This document shows positions 10,601-18,901 of a stretch of 53,093 bases of DNA, piece after piece (positions within the stretch are counted from its first letter, which is position 1; the number at the start of each line of letters is the position of its first letter). Origin of the DNA: Patescibacteria group bacterium (GTDB lineage: Bacteria; Patescibacteriota; Minisyncoccia; Phycocordibacterales; Phycocordibacteraceae); contig SCTS01000006.1 of NCBI GenBank assembly GCA_004322365.1, positions 226,756-279,848 of the forward strand. The letters are read 5' to 3'. The notes under the pieces were generated by a model. It saw only the letters and a program-made list of their open reading frames with translations. It searched no databases and was not told where the DNA came from. Both the position numbers and the translations under genes were made by a program.

Positions 10601-11715
10601 GTTTTTTTCTCAAGTGCATCTATCCCCGGCAACGTACCGTTTGCAAGAAAATCTAACATCGCGCCACCAGCAGTTGAAACGAATGTAAATTTATCCATGA
10701 GCCCGAGATTCTGAATTGAAGAAAGTGTGTCTCCTCCGCCAACGATAGATTTTGCGGACGATCCAGCAATAGCGATAGCAAGAGCGTCAGTGCCTGCAGT
10801 AAATCCTTTCTCAAAATTCCCCATCGGCCCATTCCACAGTATTGAATGTGATGCATTAATAATAGATTGAAGCGCTTGAATAGAAGCTGGAGCAATATCT
10901 AAAATAGCTTCATTCTTCCCAACCTCGCTGGCAAGAATATCTCGTCGTCCATTCGGCCCTTCTACTGTGACGAACTCCGGGAGAATTATTTTTGAATTAC
11001 CGAGCATGGCCTTGGCAGTATCATTGTCCGACACGAGAGACATTCCTACTTCATACCCTTTCGCTTTGAAAAAATCATTGGCGATTGCCCCACCGACAAA
11101 CACACGATCATATTTTTTAAGTAGTGTCTCTATTAATGCAACTTTCGTGGTGAGCTTTGCGCCACCAACTATTGCGAGAGACGGACTCTCTGGTGTAAGC
11201 GCGGGAGTAAGACCCGCAACTTCATCAAAAAATTGAAAGCCTGCATACGCTGGTAAAATTCCCGCAACACCGACAATGGATGCGTGGATACGATGAGATG
11301 CGGGGAATGCATCGTTTATATACATATCAGCGAGTGAAGCAAGTTCGCGAGTAAAATGTGCATCGTTCTTTTTTTCATCATCGCTCATGCGGATGTTTTG
11401 TAAGAGTACCGCTTCTCCATCCTGAAGTGCCTCAACAGCCTGATGTGCTTCTACACCCGCTATGTCATCAACAAATGTGAGTGGCATTTTTTTCTTGAGA
11501 TATTCATACACTGGAACCAGTGACCCTCTACTATCACTCAGGTGACTCACGAGAACCACTCGTGCCTCTCGAGCAATAAGAAACTGTATAGATTTCAATG
11601 CTCTATCAATACGAAATGGATCGGTAATCGCACCATTCACTATCGGAGCATTCAAATCCAAACGCAACAAGATGCGTTTGCCTTTGAGGTTTTTTAACTC
11701 ATCAATTGAATGCAT
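10597..11715 (-). CDS. pgk: Phosphoglycerate kinase
   Basis: 372 aa. RLDLNAPI, VSHLSDSRG and a C-terminal STAGGAMLDFLANGTLPG. Confidence 0.95.
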   Translation of the reverse strand: MHSIDELKNLKGKRILLRLDLNAPIVNGAITDPFRIDRALKSIQFLIAREARVVLVSHLSDSRGSLVPVYEYLKKKMPLTFVDDIAGVEAHQAVEALQDGEAVLLQNIRMSDDEKKNDAHFTRELASLADMYINDAFPASHRIHASIVGVAGILPAYAGFQFFDEVAGLTPALTPESPSLAIVGGAKLTTKVALIETLLKKYDRVFVGGAIANDFFKAKGYEVGMSLVSDNDTAKAMLGNSKIILPEFVTVEGPNGRRDILASEVGKNEAILDIAPASIQALQSIINASHSILWNGPMGNFEKGFTAGTDALAIAIAGSSAKSIVGGGDTLSSIQNLGLMDKFTFVSTAGGAMLDFLANGTLPGIDALEKKT

Positions 11716-11726
11716 AGAAATGCTGA

Positions 11727-12479
11727 CTACTTTTGAAATGCACGAATAATATTTGTAAATTCTTCAGCATTAACACTTGCACGCCCAGCAAGAAGTCCCT
11801 GTATACCAGGAGTCGTTGCAAACAATGTGGCACTTTCTGTATTGACCGACCCTCCATAAATAATACGCACCTTGAGCGCCCGCTCTCGCCCCCACATGTC
11901 AGCAATAGTTTTTCTGATGAACATAACCGCCTCTGCAACGACACGGGGCGACGGAGCTTGCGGAGCACCAATCGCCCACAGTGGGTCATAGGCTATCGTA
12001 AATTTCGAAGCGTCTACTGCGTTAATGCGTGCAAGTGAGGAAGTTACATTGTTGCTCAGGTAGGTGAGATATGCGCCCTCAGTATCTCGCACAGGTTCCC
12101 CCACACATACAATTGGATGCAGTTTTGCTTGTATAGCTGTCACTGCCTTTTTTGCAACAATGTCATCGGTGTCACCTTCCGCTCGACGCTCTGCGTGTCC
12201 AACAATCACATACTTAATTCCTGAAGTAACGAGAGATTTTGGGGAGACCTGCCCTGTATGCGCTCCACTCTCTTCAAAAAATACATCCTGCGTGCCAAAG
12301 GACATACGTTTTCCTCCGTATGTACTCTTCAAAAGCGGTGCGAGCGACACCTGAGGACAAAGAACCACTTCTACCTTTAGTCCACGTGGCAATTTCTTAT
12401 CAATGTCATGGATGAGCTTTTTCCCTTCAGTGGAGGTATTGATATATAACTTCCAATTTCCAACAATGAGCTTTTTCAT
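11727..12479 (-). CDS. tpiA: Triosephosphate isomerase
   Basis: MKKLIVGNWKLY..., VIVGHAERR, IAYDPLWAIG and IIYGGSV. Start set at ATG 12479. Confidence 0.93.
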   Translation of the reverse strand: MKKLIVGNWKLYINTSTEGKKLIHDIDKKLPRGLKVEVVLCPQVSLAPLLKSTYGGKRMSFGTQDVFFEESGAHTGQVSPKSLVTSGIKYVIVGHAERRAEGDTDDIVAKKAVTAIQAKLHPIVCVGEPVRDTEGAYLTYLSNNVTSSLARINAVDASKFTIAYDPLWAIGAPQAPSPRVVAEAVMFIRKTIADMWGRERALKVRIIYGGSVNTESATLFATTPGIQGLLAGRASVNAEEFTNIIRAFQK

Positions 12480-12667
12480 ACCAAAAGTAGAGCTTCTCCC
12501 GTACATGTTCGAGCAAAGCGAGTTACATGTCCGAGGACCCCGTACACCCAGCCAACTATATATTCAATATATCGCATACCCTGTGTCGAACAAGACGGGA
12601 CCTTACAAACACTACCGCCGATGACGGCGGGTGTTCTGGGGCAATTACCAACTATCAATTTCTTCAT
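12477..12667 (-). other. 63-codon upstream ORF whose first 8 codons duplicate the tpiA N-terminus; its stop overlaps the tpiA ATG (ATGA)
   Basis: ATGAAGAAATTGATAGTTGGTAATTG (12667 downward) compared with ATGAAAAAGCTCATTGTTGGAAATTG (12479 downward). Both encode MKKLIVGN, with 6 differences that are all synonymous. Confidence 0.4.
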
Positions 12668-12754
12668 TGGGAAATCGTAACACACGGAAGCTTTAAGGCT
12701 CCCGATTTGTCCAAGAGTGAAGCGATTGAGTACAAATTGCAGTCCCCTTAGGGG

Positions 12755-12835
12755 GTGTCAGCTTATAGCTTTCAGCTTTTCCGATACACAGTGTAAGCCA
12801 TCCGCTGGAAGCTGGAAGCTGGAAGCTGGAAGCTT
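12755..12835. repeat. Heptad repeat pair: reverse-orientation copy plus tandem (GCTGGAA)x4
   Basis: GTGTCAGCTTATAGCTTTCAGCTTTT (12755-12780) and GCTGGAAGCTGGAAGCTGGAAGCTGGAAGCTT (12804-12835). Confidence 0.75.
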
Positions 12836-12842
12836 TGAATTA

Positions 12843-14096
12843 TCAATCCTGCGTACGCCAATCAACAATACGAAACCCGCTGACTGTTGTTGGAGTGAAT
12901 GGTGGTGGCAATTGTGCCAAGAGGGCATCGTGGACATCTGTCCGAATGCTATAGCCTGAGATAAAGGCACCAGACGATGTCCATTTTGTGTTTACGACAC
13001 CACGGGAAGCAAAAGTACCGAAGGTATTCAGCGTGGAACGAAGCACATATGACTGCAGGTCGGTAGGAACAGCGTGCGTACCCGAGGCATCATACCGATG
13101 TCGTCCAAAGTGACCAGTACCTGCCACAAAAACACCATTCAGCTGTAATACATCGGGTGATTGGAGTGAAATCAAAACTGATCGCTCAGCAATTGTCGTT
13201 AACCCATCGTCATATGCGTGCGCATAGGTAATGTTCCCGGTAATAACAATGTCAGGCTTACTACTGGGACTCGCCACATTTGCAGCGGCGAATGTAACTT
13301 TTCCAGATACGACCCCCTCAAGCCAAACAGAATCTTCTACAAACACAACAGGACACCCTGCGGGTATGGCGTAATTTGTGGTGGCGCCAACTGAAGCAAT
13401 TATTGTATTTTCTTCCTCCCAACCTTCATCATCTGAATATCCCATTATCTCAGTAACTGCGGTAACAGGGCTTGCATCAAATGTTCCGTTCGACTTGAAA
13501 ACAATTTTGTACCCATACGCTCCACCCGATGCAGGAGCGAGATATACACCCGATGCTTGCGCATATGTTTTTAAATTTGTGAGGGTGGCAGTAATCACTG
13601 ATGTGTCAGACTTTGCTGGACTTGTTGATGCCGCAAGCGTCTGTGTTCCATACTGAGCAATAAGTGTTTTTGTATGTGATGCACTTTCCAATGCCCATCC
13701 CGTTGAACGCACTGATGCGGATGTAAGTACTCCGCAAGAAGTTATACCTGAAATAGCGAGAGAAAAATTCCCGACAGTATTTCCGTTTTCTGGATCCAAA
13801 ACTGCATGTACATATGGCCCAGACAAACCAGTACCATCTTGTATATCAGTGGGAAATTCTGAAAAGTGCCATCGGTAGTACTCAAGCCCTGCTTCAGAAA
13901 TACTGAGTGCTTTGTCGGCCTCAGATCCAAAACGCTCTTTAGTTCTCTCAAGCGTCAACGCACTCATAAAATCAGACAACAGGAAGAAAAAAACAGCAGA
14001 AGCAATGAGTACAAAAACAGTCATAAACCCTCCCACACTTCTTACGCTCCCCCCTGAGAGCTGAAAGCTGGAACCTGAAAACTTCTTATTCCTCAT
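12843..14096 (-). CDS. PilX-like / large minor-pilin-like protein with an N-terminal TM segment
   Basis: 417 aa. A hydrophobic N-terminal helix is followed by ALTLERTKERF...SISEAGLEYYRW, which resembles a PilX N-domain. It is the last gene of the pil operon and makes an ATGA overlap with the upstream pilin. The start could instead be ATG 14024. Confidence 0.55.
   Translation of the reverse strand: MRNKKFSGSSFQLSGGSVRSVGGFMTVFVLIASAVFFFLLSDFMSALTLERTKERFGSEADKALSISEAGLEYYRWHFSEFPTDIQDGTGLSGPYVHAVLDPENGNTVGNFSLAISGITSCGVLTSASVRSTGWALESASHTKTLIAQYGTQTLAASTSPAKSDTSVITATLTNLKTYAQASGVYLAPASGGAYGYKIVFKSNGTFDASPVTAVTEIMGYSDDEGWEEENTIIASVGATTNYAIPAGCPVVFVEDSVWLEGVVSGKVTFAAANVASPSSKPDIVITGNITYAHAYDDGLTTIAERSVLISLQSPDVLQLNGVFVAGTGHFGRHRYDASGTHAVPTDLQSYVLRSTLNTFGTFASRGVVNTKWTSSGAFISGYSIRTDVHDALLAQLPPPFTPTTVSGFRIVDWRTQD
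14059..14080. repeat. Heptad repeat inside the annotated 5' end of the PilX-like ORF
   Basis: AGCTGAA AGCTGGA ACCTGAA A. Confidence 0.6.
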
Positions 14097-14689
14097 ATCG
14101 CCTTTAAATTACGAAGCGTGGTAGTGGCAGTAAGTATGAATGGGGTCGTCATTCCAGGACTTCGCACATCAATAGAAATTAGTACGGACGCTACAGCGGT
14201 CACTCGACTCATATCAGTAATTTCAACGCCGGAACTGTCGTAATAACGGAAAAGCGGGATCGAGTCAGTTGTATTCTGTACGTATGTTGCTAAAGACTCA
14301 CTCATAGGCGCCCCGCTGTATGTTGGCGGAGTACCTGGACTCACAGAACTCCGAGAAAGTGTAGTCCCATTAATTTGATATTGAAATCGCGTAGCTCCAA
14401 TGCTGTTTGGAATATTACTAAAAAAAGTTAACGAGTATGCGGACATGGAAACAATTGGGTACGAACCATCATTGCCATGCGCAATGCTACGCACATCTGT
14501 CATTAGTGCGGTCAGTGCAGATCTGGCACTACTAATTTGCGTTAGAGCACGAGTCCCTGTGTTATTTGTTTTATAGAGTGCTAATACTGAATTTGATGCG
14601 CTCACCATAATCAATGAAACAACTGCGAGCGTTACCAAAACCTCTATTAAACTCATTCCTCGCTCTGTATTGTTTTTATGGTGCAACAT
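14093..14689 (-). CDS. Type IV pilin-like (pseudopilin) protein
   Basis: Class III signal MLHHKNNTERG|MSLIEVLVTLAVV with Glu at +5. 198 aa. Confidence 0.78.
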   Translation of the reverse strand: MLHHKNNTERGMSLIEVLVTLAVVSLIMVSASNSVLALYKTNNTGTRALTQISSARSALTALMTDVRSIAHGNDGSYPIVSMSAYSLTFFSNIPNSIGATRFQYQINGTTLSRSSVSPGTPPTYSGAPMSESLATYVQNTTDSIPLFRYYDSSGVEITDMSRVTAVASVLISIDVRSPGMTTPFILTATTTLRNLKAI

Positions 14690-15128
14690 AGGTAACCGCA
14701 GACATGCTGTGCGAGAATCCGCGTATATTCCAAATGGCTTCGACTTTCATCACCTTATAATCGCCCGCCCCTGCGCCATTCGCTGGATCATCCTTATACG
14801 ACACAACCGTTCGAAGTGTGTATGGAATATTATTAACAAGTCGTGATTCAGTAGACACCAAAACTCCCGAAGGAGTGCCGCCAACGGTCCCAACACTCGC
14901 ATACGGAAGTCCTCTCGCATACTCGATAGTGCCTGCAATAAGCGCGCTCGCATTGGTGCGCGACGCGATGCTCTGCACGAGAGTAGCGGACGCAGCATAC
15001 GCACCAAAAAAACCTAAAAAGATTACAAGCATCAAAGATACGGCGACAACTACTTCAATGAGTGTCATTCCCCGAGAAGTTTTGTTCCTTCCTCTCTGAA
15101 AGCTGAAAGCTGAAAGCTGGCACCTCAT
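14676..15128 (-). CDS. Type IV pilin-like (pseudopilin) protein
   Basis: ...RNKTSRG|MTLIEVVVAVSLMLV with Glu at +5. 150 aa, with a 20-aa leader. Confidence 0.78.
   Translation of the reverse strand: MRCQLSAFSFQRGRNKTSRGMTLIEVVVAVSLMLVIFLGFFGAYAASATLVQSIASRTNASALIAGTIEYARGLPYASVGTVGGTPSGVLVSTESRLVNNIPYTLRTVVSYKDDPANGAGAGDYKVMKVEAIWNIRGFSHSMSAVTYVAP
15096..15126. repeat. Tandem heptads inside the pilin leader-peptide coding region
   Basis: CTGAAAG x3, then CTGGCACCTC. Translated on the minus strand this gives CQLSAFSFQ. Confidence 0.65.
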
Positions 15129-16343
15129 CTAGATATGACTCGACAGCGAGTAGATAGGAGCAATCATCGAAATCGCAAAAAATCCAACCATGGCGCCAAT
15201 GATAACCATGAGAAATGGTTCAATGACGGTAGAGAGATCTTTTGTTTTTCGCTCAACCGATTCTTCATAAAATTCAGCGGTTTCTTTAAGCAGACTTGAA
15301 AGACGTCCCGTTTCTTCACCAACAGCAACAATCTCAGCAACTAACGGCGGAAAAAGAAGAGTATGTTTTGCAAGAGATAGTGAGAGAGGCGACCCTTCGG
15401 TAAGACTCTTCTCAGCTTCAACAAAAACCTTTTTATACTGACTATTCTCTAACACATCGTGGGTAATTTTGACCGATAAAACCATATCCACTCCTGATGA
15501 AAACAACGAGGCGAGTGTGCGGGTCGCACGAGCAACATTAATTTCAACAATCAATCCACCGATGATAGGAATCTTTAGCAGAAACCAGTCCAAGAAGACT
15601 TTCCCCTTAGCTGATCGAATTGCCAAAAGTGATACAAATATAAAAAAACTAAATAATATCAACGCGATAAATGTATTGTGAATCAAAAAATCACTAGCAC
15701 TAATTATGAATTGAGTTGTGGGTGGAAGAGATGCATGTAATTCCCTAAAAGTTCCTGACAGTGTAGGGACAACATAAATCAACATCAGTATGCCAATACC
15801 AACCATTGCACTCAAAACAATGCTCGGGTAAATAAGTGCGCTTTTAATTTTTTTCTGTAAATTAGAGGCGCGCTCCATTTGAGTAGATGCAACTCGGAGC
15901 GACTCAGTTAATTTTCCTGATTCTTCTCCGGCACGCACCATAGAAACTAACAGGGAGGAAAACATTTTGGGAAACGCAGAAAGAGCAGTAGAGAAAGTCT
16001 CTCCTTTCTTTACACTGGTGATTATCTCAATCAAAACCTCTTGCAAGTGGACATTGCGTGTCTGTCGCTTTGCTACCTCAAGTGAACGGGAAATAGTTAA
16101 GCCTGCATCAAGCATGGTGGCAAGATTGCGTATGAGAATTACTTTTTCATCAAGTGAAACGGTGTGAAAAATTTCTAAAATAGAGTCGAGTGAAAATAAG
16201 TTGTTCGCGCGCACCTCTTTGAGTTCCAGCACTCGGTCACCTCGTTCACGTATGTCGTGGTGCACTGCAAAACGATCGACTCCGTCAATGATATCGGAAT
16301 ATGTTTCACCGGTCTGACTGATCGCAGTAACTTTGAATTTCAC
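15129..16343 (-). CDS. pilC: Type IV pilus / type II secretion platform protein (PilC/GspF family)
   Basis: 404 aa. Two T2SSF-like halves, each with TM segments. Adjacent to the pilB-like ATPase. Confidence 0.88.
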   Translation of the reverse strand: MKFKVTAISQTGETYSDIIDGVDRFAVHHDIRERGDRVLELKEVRANNLFSLDSILEIFHTVSLDEKVILIRNLATMLDAGLTISRSLEVAKRQTRNVHLQEVLIEIITSVKKGETFSTALSAFPKMFSSLLVSMVRAGEESGKLTESLRVASTQMERASNLQKKIKSALIYPSIVLSAMVGIGILMLIYVVPTLSGTFRELHASLPPTTQFIISASDFLIHNTFIALILFSFFIFVSLLAIRSAKGKVFLDWFLLKIPIIGGLIVEINVARATRTLASLFSSGVDMVLSVKITHDVLENSQYKKVFVEAEKSLTEGSPLSLSLAKHTLLFPPLVAEIVAVGEETGRLSSLLKETAEFYEESVERKTKDLSTVIEPFLMVIIGAMVGFFAISMIAPIYSLSSHI

Positions 16344-16405
16344 TTTTTCAGTATAGCGCCAAAAATAATTACTAGCGTACTAACGCGTACACCATGTGTA
16401 CCTTT

Positions 16406-18142
16406 TTACTCACTAATAACTCGAAGCACTTCTTCAATTGTTGTAACTCCAGTAGCTGCTTTGAAAATACCGTCCTCAACCATAGTAAGCATACCTTCAC
16501 GCTTTGCTTGTAATTCAATATCATCGGCTGAAACCCGCTTGAGAATAAGTTCTCGTATTTCATGCGTCACGGGCAACACTTCATGTATCCCAATACGCCC
16601 TGAATATCCATCCGGAGAGACACCATTTTCTTTTGGTTTAAAGAATGGAATCTCTTTAATGGTTGCCTCTTTAGGAATAAGTTTTTCTTCTTTCAAAACA
16701 GCAAGCACTCGGTCAATGTCTACGGCAGATTTTAATTGTGCAATTTCCTCTTCAGAAAGAATGTACTCAGTACGGTCCGATGCCAGGCGACGAACAAGCC
16801 TCTGCCCGACAATGACGCGGAGAGTAGACACGAGGAGGAACGGCTCTGCTTCCATATCCATGAGTCTGGGAATAGTCGCTGCCGCTGAATTAGTGTGTAG
16901 TGTTGAAAGAACTAAGTGTCCAGTGAGCGCTGCGTTAATAGCAAGAGATGCAGTTTCAATGTCGCGAATTTCTCCAACCATGATGATGTCCGGATCTTGG
17001 CGCACAAGTGAGCGGAGTCCCGACGCAAAAGTAAATCCTATGTCCGCCCTCACTTGCGTTTGATTCACGCGAGGCATCTGGTATTCAATGGGATCTTCAA
17101 TGGTTGCAATATTCACATCAGGCGTATTTAAAATATCCAAAATCGTATACAGAGTTGTTGTCTTTCCACTACCAGTCGGCCCCGTCATCAAAATCATTCC
17201 TGTCGACTGCTTAGAGGCTGCATGTATTCGCTCTAGTGCAGCACCGTGGAAACCTAATGATTCAAGAGTAAAGCCCCCACCCCCCTCTCGAAGAAGACGC
17301 ATCACTGTTTTTTCTCCAAAATAGGTTGGCATCACGGACACACGCAAAGATACGCGCTCTTTATCTGCCTCCATTTTAAAACGACCGTCTTGCGGTAGAC
17401 GCTTCTCATCAAGTTTCAGGTTTGCCAAAACTTTGATGCGTGCAGTAACTCCTGCTGCAATATTTTTTGGCAATTCCATTGCGTCATGCAAAAGACCATC
17501 AATACGGTAGCGAACCAAAAGCATTTCTTCCAAAGGCTCAATGTGTATGTCAGATGCGCCCTGAACAATTGCGTGCCGGAGAAGCGTATCAACTACTTTT
17601 ATAACCGGCAGATCATCAGCAAGTTTTTTTAATCCGGCAGTATCTAGAGAAGGATTATCTTCTATTGATAGCGACGCGCCTTGAATAATATTGCCAAATT
17701 CTTCTTTGAGAGATTTTTGATATTGCAGTAAAGCGCTCTTAAGAGACGCGGTGTCAGTAAGTCGAGGCAGAATTTTTAAACCTATTTTCTTTTTTATGAA
17801 ATTAAGTGGCTCCAAGTCGCCCGTATAGAGCATGGCAACTTCCAATGCATCTGCAGTCTTTTTGTAGGCAATAACATTGTGCTTGCGGGCAATAGGCTCA
17901 GGGATAAGCGAAAGGACTTCAAAATCTATCTTTATGCCGGAAAGAGATATAAAAGGAATGCCGAGGATATGTGCCTGCATACGGCGAAGTTCATCTTCAC
18001 CCAAAACCCCTCCTGAAACGAGAGCGTCACTCAAAGGTTGTCCTGTGTCTTTTGCATCCCTTTCTGCAGTTTCAAAATCTTTACGGGACACTAACCCAGA
18101 ATCAATTATGAAAGTCTTTAATTGTGCGTCAGGAACAATCAT
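16406..18142 (-). CDS. pilB: Type IV pilus assembly ATPase (PilB/GspE family)
   Basis: 578 aa. An N-terminal GSPII_E_N-like domain, Walker A GPTGSGKTTT, and the VGEIRD and TGHLVLSTLHTN boxes. Confidence 0.93.
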   Translation of the reverse strand: MIVPDAQLKTFIIDSGLVSRKDFETAERDAKDTGQPLSDALVSGGVLGEDELRRMQAHILGIPFISLSGIKIDFEVLSLIPEPIARKHNVIAYKKTADALEVAMLYTGDLEPLNFIKKKIGLKILPRLTDTASLKSALLQYQKSLKEEFGNIIQGASLSIEDNPSLDTAGLKKLADDLPVIKVVDTLLRHAIVQGASDIHIEPLEEMLLVRYRIDGLLHDAMELPKNIAAGVTARIKVLANLKLDEKRLPQDGRFKMEADKERVSLRVSVMPTYFGEKTVMRLLREGGGGFTLESLGFHGAALERIHAASKQSTGMILMTGPTGSGKTTTLYTILDILNTPDVNIATIEDPIEYQMPRVNQTQVRADIGFTFASGLRSLVRQDPDIIMVGEIRDIETASLAINAALTGHLVLSTLHTNSAAATIPRLMDMEAEPFLLVSTLRVIVGQRLVRRLASDRTEYILSEEEIAQLKSAVDIDRVLAVLKEEKLIPKEATIKEIPFFKPKENGVSPDGYSGRIGIHEVLPVTHEIRELILKRVSADDIELQAKREGMLTMVEDGIFKAATGVTTIEEVLRVISE

Positions 18143-18168
18143 TCTTTGGTAAGAATAACATCAGCAAA

Positions 18169-18197
18169 GGTTTCAGGTGTGAGGTTTCAGGTGTCAG
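18169..18197 (-). repeat. Heptad leader repeat 5' of pilB
   Basis: The minus strand reads GACACCT GAAACCT CACACCT GAAACCT, a 14-nt unit repeated twice. Confidence 0.7.
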
Positions 18198-18379
18198 TGA
18201 GGAAAAAGAAGGAACGGAAATGAGAAATGAAATATCAAGAAGAAAAAAATAAAAGATGGTGCAAAAAATACCAAAAAGTTGCACTAAAAATGTCTGAGGA
18301 GGAGTACTTGACAGAGTGATTTAAGTGTAGTACCCTGCGCAGATTAGAAATGCGAGAAATTTGTTAAAGAAATTATATT

Positions 18380-18712
18380 ATGACTGACATTACTGCTGAG
18401 GGATTCAGATTCGACAGACCACGAGCTGCTCGTGTTTCAGGACAATCTGAACAATTTTTGCACACAGGAGAAATTCCTATGCTTAAACATCTTCCGTCTA
18501 TGCCTGGAAGTAGAGTCCCCGAAGGACAGAACGTTTCACTAGTGCCATACCTCGGAGAGATTATTGGGGCAAACGCAGAGATGATAAGAGATGGATTTGA
18601 TGGGGTTGTAAACCACAAAGAAGTTATTGCGTTCGATGTTGCAGCTTGGTTTGCACTGAGTTGGGCCGGTAAGCTTTGGCGTAGAATTACCCAACCTCGA
18701 GATCGATACTAG
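18380..18712 (+). CDS. Hypothetical 110-aa protein (orphan, monocistronic)
   Basis: The ORF is followed 15 nt later by a perfect 16-bp terminator hairpin. No family recognised. Confidence 0.5.
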   Translation: MTDITAEGFRFDRPRAARVSGQSEQFLHTGEIPMLKHLPSMPGSRVPEGQNVSLVPYLGEIIGANAEMIRDGFDGVVNHKEVIAFDVAAWFALSWAGKLWRRITQPRDRY

Positions 18713-18726
18713 ACTCTGGAATCTGT

Positions 18727-18761
18727 AAAACAAAAAGACACTCACAGTGTCTTTTTGTTTT
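18727..18761 (+). terminator. Intrinsic terminator
   Basis: AAAACAAAAAGACACT-CAC-AGTGTCTTTTTGTTTT. Confidence 0.8.
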
Positions 18762-18767
18762 ACTTGA

Positions 18768-18796
18768 TTGACAGCCACACCTCCCTACGTTACACT
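18768..18796 (+). promoter_or_regulatory. Sigma-70-type promoter of the nusA leader
   Basis: TTGACA, a 17-nt spacer, then TACACT. Confidence 0.5.
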
Positions 18797-18819
18797 CTTG
18801 GAGTCAGTTTCCCTCCATG

Positions 18820-18845
18820 GGTCCGCGTAGCGGGCCTCTTTTTTT
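18820..18845 (+). terminator. Leader terminator/attenuator about 25 nt after the predicted TSS and 62 nt before the nusA ATG
   Basis: GGTCCGC-GTA-GCGGGCC followed by TCTTTTTTT. Confidence 0.5.
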
Positions 18846-18866
18846 GGAAAATTGACACTTTCTTAT

Positions 18867-18901
18867 CCCTAAACCCTAGCCACTAAACGCTAACCCCTAA
18901 T
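18867..18901 (+). repeat. CTAAAC-type heptad leader repeat 5' of nusA
   Basis: CCCTAAA CCCTAGC CACTAAA CGCTAAC CCCTAAT TAAAT ATG. Confidence 0.7.

Noticed and set aside
16257-17063. Long antisense ORFs inside strongly supported genes: 16257-17063 (+, 268 aa), 22201-22833 (-, 210 aa), 29075-29680 (-, 201 aa), 40479-40982 (+, 167 aa), 9188-9616 (+, 142 aa) and 3089-3571 (-, 160 aa).
   Set aside because: Each lies entirely opposite a gene with clear family motifs (pilB/pilC, tig, hisG, xerC, recJ, rlmB-like). Their translations are Ser/Arg/Ala-rich low-complexity sequence, typical of antisense frames, and none has independent start or terminator signals.
18867-18873. CCCTAAA heptads equal the plant-type telomere repeat (TTTAGGG).
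   Set aside because: Only single or degenerate units occur inside short intergenic leaders of a bacterial chromosome. This is a coincidence of a low-complexity heptad, not telomeric sequence.
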